Shown here: in pieces, positions 9,846 through 21,489 of the stretch
Numbering within the stretch: the stretch's first letter is position 1
How the letters are laid out: each line of letters begins with the position of its first letter
Source of the DNA: Anthoceros angustus
Taxonomy: Eukaryota; Plantae; Anthocerotophyta
Length of the DNA: 64,000 nucleotides
Reading direction: 5' to 3'
NCBI GenBank assembly: GCA_010909165.1
Contig: VJWM01000222.1
Location: 124,001-188,000, forward strand
Notes under the pieces: generated by a model
Databases searched by the model: none
Seen by the model: only the letters and a program-made list of their open reading frames with translations
Told to the model about the DNA's origin: nothing
Made by a program: the position numbers and the translations under genes

Positions 9846-12800
9846 CCCACCACCTGATTCGGATGGCGTGTGTGTGCTCGATGAATGCCGTGGTCTCTCA
9901 ATGTCTTCCAACCGCTGTGAATTTCGGATCCTCCAAACGATGTCTTTGCATCCATGTAGCTAAAATCTCGCGACGAAGATGGCCGCCACTGGCCGTGACC
10001 TGAATGGACGTAAAATGACAAAGATTGAAAGTCCGCATGACGACCCATATGGCGCCCTTTCAAGCTCCGTCCAGGCAGTCACAAAGTCCATAGAACGATC
10101 GAATCGCCTTCGTGTATGTGTGTAACAACAACCCGCGATTTCGTGTTCTGGTTTTTGCCTTAGAGACAACCCAACCCAATGGATACAACCCGCCTGCAAG
10201 GTCCAAGTGTCTTCACGCCATACGCCTTATCTATTCGAGATGTCCCGAGATGGGAGAATCGCAAATCGTGCATGATTCCCCGCTTAAGTTCCATCATGTG
10301 TCCTCGATAACCAACCGCTTACGTAAACGACGATCCTCCCAGGTTTGCATACAACACTGCCAATCCCACTAACTGGTCGAGATATGGTTCGGTTGATCAT
10401 CCAATCGCATCACGATCACCGGATGGTTTTGACGTGATTTCACGTGGTCTCGCCTCTCCGAGAGCATCCGAATCAGACGGCCGAGCTAGGTACTTGATTT
10501 CCAAAGTCCATACTCGCACGGCTACCGCTCAGTTGAGATTTGCTGAAGAAGTGTTGTAGCGATGTCCGGAACTACAAACCTCGTCCGAGGAGGTAGTGGC
10601 GCCACACTTTCGTGGCATGGACGATCGCAAACATCTCCTTGTCGTCTGTGGTAATTTAATTGTGCCCCCGAGTTTGTGAGACTCGAGGCTATCACCTCCT
10701 GAGACAAAGACCGCACCAATGGCACCATCCGATGCATCTGAGCGTGTAGGTTCCCCTGGTCGGCCACGCGAGCACCGGCCTGCCTGCCTACCGCCTCAAA
10801 GGCTTCGGAGCCGCCTCCACCGGAACTCCCCGGTGGATCGCTTGAGGGCTTCGCCAAAGGAAGAGCAATTGATCAAGCTCTGATAACCTCGATAGAAGCC
10901 CGCTAGCCCTTCCTTTAGTTGGGTGATGTCCTGGGCCACCACCCAGACCTTGCGAGGATCCATGCCGATGCCCTTGGCACTAATGATGTCCAAGATTAAC
11001 TTCTCTGCATGAAGGTACACTTGCTCCTCTTACGCAGCTTGATGCTTCCAAGAAGAGTGAATACCTTCCCGACGAGTTCGATGTGGGTGGCTTGGTCCGC
11101 AGAGTGGATCAAGATATCATCTAGGAAGACCTCGACCCCTTGCCTAGCAAAGGTCAAGAATGTCTTGCATGAGACATTGAAGGTCACGGGCATTTAGAAG
11201 TCGAACGGCATCACTACAAACCGTAGTGACCATGCCGTGTTCTAAATGCGTCTTGGGCTCATCCTCCTTGAGTCGAATTTGGTGAAAACTCCGCAGTCGA
11301 TTTTGGTGAACCAAGTCACCCATGCAACCGGTCCAAAATCTCATCGGCGCGGGCATCCGTAGACATTCCCGATGGTGGCCCGATTCTAATCCTCTCGTAG
11401 TCGGCGAGTCTCCAGCACCGTTTCCACCAACAACACGGCGCTCCATAAGGTGAGGTGCTTGGCCTCACAAACCCCTTGTCCAGAATTCATCTACCGCTTG
11501 ATCTCCTCATTTTCCATTACCGACGCGGTATCGATTTAGCATGCCTGCACTAGCTCGATGTGATCATCTGGCCTTGGTGGTAGGGTGGATCCGCAAATAA
11601 CCCATCACCGCCACAGAGCCTTAAACCTTGTAAGAGTTCTCCGATTGCTTCGGTGCCCGCGACTGGTGCCTCCAGAGGAACTACCTCACCATGCATGTAA
11701 AGCTGGATTTGGCGGATCGATATAAAAAGGTGCTTGTCCGAAGGTAAGTTTCCCTTCCAAAGACATACGATCCGTCCCCCTAGGGTTACTAAGTTCTTCC
11801 ACCTATGGTTGAGAATGGCCAGCCACTGCTTCTAATAATCACGCCATGTGCCAAGCTTGGCATGACTATGCATTTCAAAGACTTCTACGAAACCTCAGTG
11901 GGTAAGAGTCGCTCATTCCAACGCCGTCCCTCACATCCTTTCCCCGCCGTGACGATAGAAGTCTGCCGAGTGATGTGTGCCCCGCTCGTGCTGCGGACTG
12001 AGATGTAGTGGTGGCTAGCACCAGTCTAGAGAGTCAGGCAACATGTCCCGCTATGTGAACCTTTAGCTTGATCGGACATGGGTCTACATGCATTCAAAAC
12101 GTGACCCATTGCAACCTAGTTCGCTTCCTGTACTCTTCTAAAACCACCGAGGGGTTTTGTTCGAGAAGGGTTGGTGTGGAATTCTGCCTTTCACCATGCG
12201 ATGAAGTCCCTCCTGAGGGCAAACAACCATATGAGTCGCAAGCAATTTCCTTTTTCTCTATTCTTTCTTCTTCTTCGAGGATTTTAAAGTCGGATTCTCA
12301 AGCTACTTCCATTTCGATTTGAAGGCTGGAGGTGCCCAAGTGTTTATATTTGTTCGCCATAGTTCATGGCGGCCATGGCATCAACCGTGGTGTTGGTGGT
12401 CCGCTGACATCTGTTCAAATCAAGGCCATCAATGAACTTCTCCACTTTTGTTCTTCATCGAGGCGGGAAGATCCGTGAGTGAGTCAGAAGAACTTGTCGC
12501 AGATTCGCATGCATCCTCGCCGATAGATTTCAAACCGATAGTGTCTCTGCAGGATGGGGAGGAAATGCTCTAAGAACACTTGCTCAACACCGCTATGTAT
12601 GGCGCCTATACCCATCGACGTTGCCTGGTTTCCACCAACGATACGATAACCTCGAGCGACATGACGCAAAACCGTATGCTTGAGATCATCCTTCTCGCCG
12701 CCAGGTATTTCATCTTGTCCACCATCAGACGCTTGAGCTTTGGCCCCCAAAAGTCGTGGTTTTATCTTCCGCCGCAACCCTTGTCAAGTAGTGGCGGGTT

Positions 12801-13843
12801 TGAAGGGTCAGCCTGCCTCCAACAACTGACTTTCCTTGGCCTTGGCTTCCCCACCTCACTCATGAGCGGAGGCCCAGGCCTTGATGTCCTTGTTTTTCGC
12901 CGCAACAACCTCGACCACCAACCTCTGGGGACTCCCTCACGAGCTCGCCTGCCGACTCTAATGTGACCTCGACCCTTCCTCATCTCGCCATCCAGCCGAG
13001 TGGGTGCCGAGGCCCGTTTTCTGTCGCATACCCGTGGTGAGGATTGTGGTGGGTTCACCGCCTTCCGACCAGGTCCCTAGGTGTGTCGGAACGACGGGGT
13101 GCTCCAACAATTGCAGACGCTGCATGCTTGTCCCTCCAACTTGTTTCGATTGTTTCGACACAACGTGCCGAGCTCCCGCAGTTATTCTCCACACCACACC
13201 GTTTGGGCAACCTTGCTCAAGTGTCGCCCAAGAAAATTTCGAGGCGAGATCCTCCATGTCCTCGCGGTTCTCGACCTGTCATTGGGCATGGCCATTCACT
13301 CCGCCTCATCTGTGGGCCGGTGTGGGGAACGGGCCTGCACGAGGCCGGGCCGCTCGCCTGGTGCCGATCACCGCGATTTCGATCTTGGCCAACCGCTGTC
13401 GTCTCCTTCTTCTCGCTCGATTCGAACGGTCCACTCAAGTCTTTCCGCCGCCGGTCGCCCGCTTCTTCCAGGATCGGGAGGGCCACCAATCACCGGATGG
13501 CCACTCCCCCGATTGACCAGGAGGTCTCCACCTCCGACTGCACTTTTCGCCAATGCTTCCATCCCGGGTCATCGCTGCCGGTGAGCCCCCGCCCATTTCC
13601 GTGCGCCCCTCCCATGTCGTACCACGGGTCAAACTCCTGTGATGTGGGTCTGGATGGTCTCAACAAAGAGCTCCCGAAGATTCGATCGAGATGTGAGAAC
13701 TCAAGGTATGCCCAGTGTCCGAACCACCTCGCGAGCCTCAATTCACCTCTTCCGTCCGAATCATCTGGGAGCTGAATTGTCGCCTCCTTCTCCACCGATT
13801 GACCCAATGCCAGGACTCTCACGCTTGCCGCAGTGCATGATTC
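9846..13843 (-). repeat. Inverted (fold-back) copy of family A internal region 5744-9704
   Basis: ORF pairs mirror with coordinate sum ~19587 (5812..6543/13044..13775; 7578..7781/11805..12008). The arms flank a 141-bp spacer at 9705-9845. Confidence 0.95.
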
Positions 13844-15010
13844 CCCGCTAAGTTCCATCATGTGTCCTCGATAACCAACCGCCACGGTAAACGCACGATC
13901 CTTCGTGGTTTGCATAGGCTAACTCCACGTGCATCCTCGGACTAACCGGTCGATATGGTTTGCGTAGATCATCCGAATCGCATCACAATCACCGGATGGT
14001 TTCATCGTGATTTCATCGTGGTCCGGCCTCTCCGAGAGCATCCGCAATCTGAGGCCGAGCTCGCGAGGTACTTGATTTCGTCAAAGTCTCCGCCAAGTAC
14101 TCGCCAGTGCCTAGCGTTGAGATTTGCCGCTGAAGAAGTGTTGAAGCGAATGGTGTGGTGAACTACAAACCTCTCCCGAGGAGGTAGTGGCGCCACACTT
14201 TCGTGGCATGGACGATCGCAAACATCTCCTTGTGTCAGGGTAATTTAATTGTGCCTCGAGTTTGTGAGACTCGAGGCTATCACCTCCCTCCGAGACAAAG
14301 ATCGCACCAATGGCACCATCCGATGCATCTAGCGGTAGGTTCCCTGGTCGGCACCGCGAGCACCGGCCTGCTCAAGGCTACCTTCGCCTGGGGCTCGGAT
14401 CCGCCTGTCACCGGAACTCCGGCCGGTGGATCGCTTGAGGGCTTCACAAAGGAAGAGCAATTTGATCAAGCTCTTGATCTCATAGAAGCCCAGCCTAGGA
14501 AGCCCCTTAGTTGGGTGATGTCCTTGAGCGCCACTCACCCAGCTGCACTTGCGAGGATCCATGCGATGCCCTTGGCACTAACGATGTGTCCAAGATATCA
14601 ACTCTTCTCGCATGAAGGTACACTTGCTCCTCAGTTGATGCTTCCAAGAAGAGTGAATACCGACGAGTTCGATGTGGGTGGCTTGGTCCGAGAGTGGATC
14701 AAGATATCATCTAGGAAGACCTCGACCCCTTGCCTAGCAGCAAAGGGTCAAGAATGTCTTGCATGAGACATTGAAGGTCGGGCATTTAGAGTCAACGCAT
14801 CACTACAAACTCGAGACCATGCCGTGTTCTAAATGTCTTGGGCTCATCCTCCTTGAGTAATTTGGTGAAAACTCGACAGGTCGATTTTGGTGAACCAAGC
14901 AACCCATGCAAACCGGTCCAAAATCTCATCGATGCGGCATCCGTAGACATTCTCGATGGTGGCGATTCAATCCTCTCGTAGTCGATAGTCTCCACCACCG
15001 TGTTTCGCCA
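13833..15010 (-). mobile_element. pol: Family A fragment (RT-RNase H-integrase start), different sequence variant
   Basis: FLDDILIH, MDPRK and NLNARHWRVL..FDEIKY on the minus strand; 13833-14625 recurs at 23205-23997 (offset 9372). Confidence 0.85.
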
Positions 15011-15960
15011 CCACACAATCACCAAGCATGTTTGAACAACTTTCAAGCTACTTGGCTGGACGAGGCGCTGGATTTGTATGAGGCACATCAAGTCGATTTG
15101 TCCTTCTACCATCTCCACGTGAATCGCTAAGGAGTGCAGCTTGCTTACAACGGCAAGTTGGCAACGGCCGGAGTGCCCACCGTGCCAAGATTGCCGCTGA
15201 GCGCGCCACCGCCCAGCCCACCATCCGTGAGTCCGATTGTCACGAGGGTGGCAGCCACGGGGGTCCCGAGTTCATCCAAACTCCCAAGTACCCAACCGTG
15301 GAGGAGTTCATGGCCATCCTCGAGAAGGCATTCACTTAAGACTCCTGAGAAAATAGCGAGCTAGCCAGTTCGCAAGAAGGGTGAGATCGTCCAGATGACC
15401 TTCGCAGCTCCGTGGCGAGGGCACGGATGTTGATCGACCAAGAGGCGAGAAGTTTCACGTTGGAGGGAGATCCATTGTTCCACTTTCAACTTGTCACCTC
15501 TTTGGTGGACAAGTATGGGGACAGACTGAACAGTCCATGAAGAAGCGGAGCGCAAGGAAATCGCCAGCGTATGCTTCTCGACACTCCAAGGCCTTCACGC
15601 ACTATCAAAGTATGTTTTCCAGCAAGGGAACACATCCGGAGGCGTGGGATCAGGGGTTTCAAGCCCATTCAGCCAGGCCAATCAAGTCAGCAGCCGCAGC
15701 CACCTCCACAAGTGCAATCGTGGCAGCCCGGATCATTTGGCTCAAGGCAAGCTTCCGTGGAAGGTTTGCATTGTTCCCATTGCAACAAGACTGGCCATTT
15801 GGTTACAGCATCCGAGCGCAAATATCGCAAGGACACCCACACCTTCACTGGACTCACAACAGCCACTGCGTCAAGGGCAAGGGCGATCACAATGAATGGG
15901 GCCAAGGGAGTGCGGCTAACGACAAGATTGCCGCATTGGAGGCAGCAGTGGCAGCACTTA
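15010..15960 (+). pseudogene. gag: Family B gag with CCHC zinc knuckle
   Basis: LHCSHCNKTGHLV at ~15765-15805, also at ~44495-44535; followed by coiled-coil-like ANDKIAALEAAVAAL. Confidence 0.75.
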
Positions 15961-16879
15961 CCCGCCTAGGGAGCCCAGCTGGCAGCACCTCCACCTCCAA
16001 GCCCGCCGGACAGCCCATTTTGGCACCCTTGAGGAGGGAGAGGAGGATTATGGCCGCCACATGAGGCCTGTACTGTCCATCGCCTTGTGGATTCCACGCC
16101 GATTAGTCCTACCCGCCACATGGTGTAGGACTTGAAGAAGGCACATTTGGATGTTGCGGGACGCCGATCCGGCAAGAGGGCGAGGGCTGCCATGCCTAGA
16201 TCCTTGCCCTGCTCCGGGCGTGGCCATCCTGCCTGGATGGATCACTGGATGGAGCGCCGAGAGCAGCCTCCACATTCGAGTCATGGGCACTGCGCAAGAT
16301 CTACCACCGGACACACCTTGATCATGCAAGGTGTTGGAGACTCCTTTGATCTCCCTGCAGCTGGGCTTGGCAACATAAGTCTCCGGCTATCCCATACTCG
16401 GATCCCGGAGAGTCCCAGCCGGACACCCAATCCCACATGCATGGGGCTGCTGGGGACACCTCAGCTGCACACCACAGCTCCATGTTCAACTGCCGAGGGC
16501 CTCAAGATTGGGATTCTCCACCCCATACCGGGATAGGAGTCTCAACAGACTCATCCCATACTGGAGGGAATCTCAGCCTTGGTCCTCAGCCCCACACTGG
16601 ACGACAGCAGCCCCAATGCCAAGCACCTTCATGCCCATGCCAAGGACCGCGAGGAGAAACCCATCGGGACTCTGCCCCATACTCGCCCGGGATTGCCGGT
16701 GGATCCCACATGGGCAGCCTCACTGACGTTTCAGTTGAGCCCACCACCATCGACCATGTTACGATGGTGGAGTGGCAGGCCACCCACAGCCATGAGGAGG
16801 GCCAGCCACTTGAGGCGATGCGCGCCTGGCCCCAAGGGAGTACTCGGAGCACCTCGCATTCAGCCCACCAATCGCATGA

Positions 16880-17340
16880 ATGTGCGAGTGAGCAATGCCA
16901 TGGTGACAATAGGGAAGGCCATGTCACGGTGAATGGCTATGCTCCCAAGCTTGTGTTTGGACACGGGGCATGCCCGTGATCATTGGCAAGGCTCTCGCCC
17001 AGTTGAACTTGCAGGGAACGACCGCCATTCACCCCGAACATCGTGACAGCCTCGCGCCTGTGGAACCTGTGTGGAGAGACCGCTCACCACGCCATCACGC
17101 TCAAGCCTGACAACCACGCCATGACATTGGCCATTCATTGCCTTGTCACGACAAATGCTAACTACACATGTCCTTCTCGGATGGAGTTTTTGTTTCCACC
17201 GCATCGTGGACAATTGACAGAGCAAGCTCACCATCGCGATTGGCGAGTGGAGGCCGCAAGCGGCGACTTTCCCTTGAATCTGCATGGCGGATTGGACCGA
17301 GTCGCCACCGCCCCAGCTACTCCAGTCCTTATGGCGACCA
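16880..17340 (+). pseudogene. pol: Family B aspartic protease
   Basis: VNGYAPKLV(L)LDTGA.PVIIGKALA. The LLDTG active site is in frame in the copies at ~45805 and ~59310. Confidence 0.85.
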
Positions 17341-17574
17341 TTCAGGCTGCCCCGGTGCTCACACACAGCCATATTTGAGTGACATCGGAGCTTGGAGCTT
17401 GATGACTTGGATCAGGAGGCCGACCATTTGGTCACAACAGGTTTGGGAGACACTCCACCATCATTCAAGTGTCCGACCTGGTTCAGCAAGCTCTCCACGA
17501 GTGCAGCTGCAGCAATCAGCTGACAGCATCCTCCACATTGAGCAAGATGTCATCCTGGACCGCCACGGCTTCAG

Positions 17575-18420
17575 CATTACCTGGAACGGTGGGCCGAGGC
17601 GGAGCTGAAGGCATTGCTGGAATGGCTTATGCGGATCAGGTCAGGCGGCACATGATCGTCAATCGCGCGGCTTCCCCAACCGCTGTACCGCCCCGCCATT
17701 CCCTATCTCACCTTCTCTGCCCAAGACATCCAGCTAGCTCAGCCGCCACATCTGGGCCCCATCCACTTCGTGATTGCGGATGGGAATGCCAAGGGATTTT
17801 CTCAAGCCGGCACAGGGGAGGATTACAAGATCCACGAACCGCCTTGTTTTGGGACCTTCACCGCATCTTGGTGGATGTTCAGCACTGGCCGCGCTTACTT
17901 GCCGGAGAACACCCCGCAATGGACACTCGGCCGGCAAGTTCGCTAAGACATGGCCATCATCCAGCAGCATGTGGGCACGCCCTTGCTCATGGATGCTGTC
18001 CAGTTGGCGGCTCATCGCCTGCGAAACTATTGGACCAACTGGCCCTCAACCTTTGCTAGAGTTGGTGGTCACCCGCACTACTCGGGACCCCACTCTCAAG
18101 CTCTCCAATGTGTTGGACCTTGGCATCGCCACGGCCGTGATGTGCCGAGCTGCACCTTGCATCAAGACAACACGCCGGACAGCCCAGACCCTTCCCACCC
18201 TAGTGAGCTTTCCGGCCCCTATGCCTGGACAAGGGCAGGTCTGCTATTCAACAGCAACACCCACCTGGGAGGAGCCCAATGTGGAGGAGCGGGAGCGCCA
18301 TGGGTTTCCACACCCATGCCACCGCTGCCCCTAAGTTACCGAGTGTCACCGCCGGCCGCCTTGGGCCGCTATGGATCTGTCACCCTCACTTGGCTCATCA
18401 GCATATGTCCGGCCTTTCAG
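17575..18420 (+). pseudogene. C5-cytosine DNA methyltransferase domain (DNMT3-like) inside family B pol
   Basis: Motifs in canonical order across frameshifts: I LELFGGI (clearest at ~46470), II RYIYCD (clearest at ~35410 and ~60010), III PQDI, IV FVIAGWECQGFSQAG, GLQDPRTALFWDL.RIL, VI GENT, VIII AHRLRNYWTN(L), IX EEPNVEERER(A)MGF.T, X LG.AMDL..LTWL. Confidence 0.88.
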
Positions 18421-18699
18421 TTGGCATTCCCGCTGAGCTCCCACCCGCCCGAGGTCCTTTTCCCACATGCTGCCGACGCCCATTTGCCCTTCCCGGATAC
18501 ACCACCGTCATATTGGCTTGATGTGTGGGGAGCAGTGGCATGGCCATCCCAACAGATTCTCGCATCAAGCTCGTGGACATGGGAAGTCAACTGGGACAGA
18601 GTATGGGATCGCCCCGAGTATGGGATGCCCGAGTAGGGACTTAATTCATACCAAGACCCAAGCCTCGCTTATGTGTCGAGACTTTGGGTCATGGGGCCC

Positions 18700-19570
18700 C
18701 AACTCACAACAAGTGTAAAGCACGATACATGCCCTTTGCTCCAATACCGTGATCGCTTTTGCCTCCATGCGGGAATTGAAGCGAATGTGACCACCTTCCG
18801 CATCAATCTGACCAGCAAGGAGCCCATCTGTGAGGCGCAGGCTCAGCAAAACCGAGTGGGACATGGTGGATGCATGTCAAGAGTTGCTTGAAGCCGGGCT
18901 CATTCGCCCTCTAGCCCGACTATGCCGCCATGTGATGCCTCCCAAGAAGGACAAAGAACGGAATGTGGACAGAGAAGAGGATGCGGAGACTACCGTCCTA
19001 TCAACGCTGACAGCCTGTGATCGCACCCCATGCCAACGCCGGAGGAGATTTTCGACAACATTGGCAAGTCTACCTACTTCTCGATTTTGATTTAAGGCCA
19101 AGGCTTCAACCAGTGCTGCTGAAGAGGACATCAAGAAGACAGCCTTCCACGGCTCTCAGCTGTGGGAATGGCTGGTGATGCCCTTTGCTTCAAGAACGCC
19201 GTGACTTCCAGCCAGAATGGACATAGTACTTGCGGTGTTCAAGAACCTCATGTGCTACATTGATGATGTCCTGTCCACATGAGGACTTTGAGTCTCATTT
19301 GGTGCACCGGAAGATCTGCTCAAGAGATTGGGCGCTGACATGTCACCCGCCAAGTGTGAATTTGGCATGGACACCGTGGCATACCTTGGTCAGGGTTGTG
19401 CTCGGCGGCGTAATGCCTCATGCTGCCAAGGTACAGGCCATCTTGCAGGTGCGAGCCCACAAACCTCTCGCCTGCGAGCTTCCTCGCCTATGCAACTATT
19501 AATGAGTATACATTCGGACTTCACCGCCAAGCTGTCAATGACTTGTCGGAAGGATGTTGTTTGGGCCTGG
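18700..19570 (+). pseudogene. pol: Family B reverse transcriptase
   Basis: CQELLEAGLIRP, VMPPKKD, EEDIKKTAF, LWEWLVMPF..KNA, CYIDDVL, PAKCEFGMDTVAYLG, PHAAKVQAIL. Confidence 0.92.
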
Positions 19571-19609
19571 ACAGAAGACCCAGCAAGCTGACACGCTGAA
19601 ACCGAGCTT

Positions 19610-19990
19610 GACTAAGCTCCGCATGGCTGACTTTCCAAGCCGCTTGTGGTACATACGGATGGAGCATCTTGGGCCTAGGGCTAGCCCAACAAGATGAAGA
19701 TGGAAAGGAACGGGTGGTTGCGATGCTTCACGCAGCAACAATCGTGTTGAAGCCAACCATGAGCTACCAAGGGAGTGTCTAGTCACAGACAAGGGCTTTG
19801 TCATTTCAGGCCACACTGTATGGCAAGCCCTTCACGCTAGTCATCGACCATCAGCCCTCAAATGGCTGATGACCAACACCAAGTTGAGGGAAGCTTGCAA
19901 GGTGGGCCATGATCTTGCAGACTATGAATTTCAAGTGGTCAATCGAGTCACACACCAAAACGCTGGACACTCTCTCTAATCCCAAGAGCT
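19610..19990 (+). pseudogene. pol: Family B RNase H
   Basis: ASRSNN..EAN, GECL, HFRP.LYGKPFTLV.DHQP.KWLMT, ARWAMILQ.YEF, NA.TLS.P. Confidence 0.85.
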
Positions 19991-20299
19991 GCGAAGATGT
20001 TAGGCCGACAGACCAAGATGATGGAGATCCGCAGCATGTGGTGGCTGATGGTGGCTTTGACAAGCGGGTGATCGTCCCGAGTATGGGATGCCCAGCATTG
20101 AGCACATATGTCGGGGACAGAGGTCCAAGGACATCCGGGAAGACTCAAACTCTCCTATTTGTCCAAACATTTGATCAGCCATTGAGCACGCTGAGCAAGA
20201 AAGAATTCGCCAGGCCCAAGTATCAATGGCGTGATGGGCATTTGCCGAGGAGGCTGACCAATGGGCTGGAACGATTGGTGCCACCACCGATAGGGAGCA

Positions 20300-21270
20300 G
20301 CTGATCCGCCGAGTGCACGACATGGGCCATTTTGGAGTCAAGCGACTTACGCTTGCTCCTCCCACATTTCCATTGGCAAGGGATGTACGCCCAAGTCAAA
20401 CACAGTGGCCTGCAAGGATCGACATGTGGTGAAGACCTCCTTCACCATCCGTAACCCTCACTGCACCTTTGCCTATCATGGGACCGTTCTTTAGGTGGTC
20501 TTGTGACTTGTTGGGTGAACTACCCAAGACACCACGAGGGAACGTACATTCTCGTCATGATGGAGCACTTCTCCAAGTGGGTAGAGGTGGTGGCTCACGA
20601 CAAGAGCTCCAAAAGCACCGCCGTGCCTTTCTTCAAATGTGCCGAGTCGCTTTGGGAGTCGAGTGCTTGACGGATCGTGGTCCGAATTCGAGGGAATTCC
20701 AAGACCGCTAGACGCAGCTACCATCGACCATCGCAGACCAGCCGAGACCATCCTCGGGATGGCCCAACGGATGGCTGTACCATCAAGAAGGGTCTAAGGA
20801 AGCTCGCCTTCAAATGCCAAAGAGAGTGGACTTGGCTCTTCCTTACATCGCCATGGCTACCGTATGAGTCGGCATGCCTCCTGGCACATTTCAGTCCCTA
20901 CTTGCTGCTTTGGGAGGGAACCCATGCCGCCTAGCTCAATTGCCAAGCAACTCTATGAGGTAGTGGATCCGATGATCCAAAGAATTTGGGCAACATTAGT
21001 CAGGTTGCCATTGAGCGGCAAGCCATGCCGATGGCCATGGCTAATTTGAGGATTGCCCAACATCGGGACACCCTTAGATATGCCCACACTGCAGCCGCGC
21101 CTGCACCCAAGCTCAAGAAATTTCTGTGGGACTTTGTTTACTTGCAAGTGGAGACACCTTGACACCACCACCACGACATGTGCTTAGTTCGTGAGGTCAA
21201 GGAGAATGGTGTGCTAGTGCTACAAGGATGGACGTACCACCAAGGATCACATGAAAAATTGTGCGCCTTG
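20300..21270 (+). pseudogene. pol: Family B integrase
   Basis: HDMGHFGVKR, WQGMYAQVK, PIMGPFFRWSCDLLGELPKT, MEHFSKWVEVV, LTDRG, TSRDHP, TIKKGLRKL, FSPYLLL. Confidence 0.9.
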
Positions 21271-21321
21271 CCATTTGCCCAACTCGATCCAACCATTGTC
21301 ACCGTGATTGGGTACCTCCGC

Positions 21322-21440
21322 TGATTACCCATGCGCGACGGGAGGATGACGACTGATGTCAGGCGACCACCGCAACGGATACCACCTATTTTGCTTGGTA
21401 CCGCCTCTCTCCGAGGTGCGTGGTACAATGTGTCGCCTCC
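21322..21440 (+). pseudogene. PHD finger at the C-terminus of family B integrase
   Basis: ADYPC....DH.NGYHLFCLVPPLSEV..WY..MC. The copy at 62238-62365 (minus) reads DYPC..CGGDD..DLLCDH(C)NGYHLFCLRP.LSEV.EQWYCPLC, a C4-H-C3 pattern. Confidence 0.85.
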
Positions 21441-21489
21441 GGCAGCCTCAAAGATTGGGCACACAAGCTTCAATGGCTGGGGTAGGAGA

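Noticed and set aside
17575-18420. Host DNMT3/DRM gene or bacterial restriction-modification methylase
   Set aside because: No evident introns, no PWWP/ADD/UBA domains and no endonuclease partner. The motif order is not DRM-permuted, and the domain follows the retroviral protease on the same strand in every copy long enough to check.
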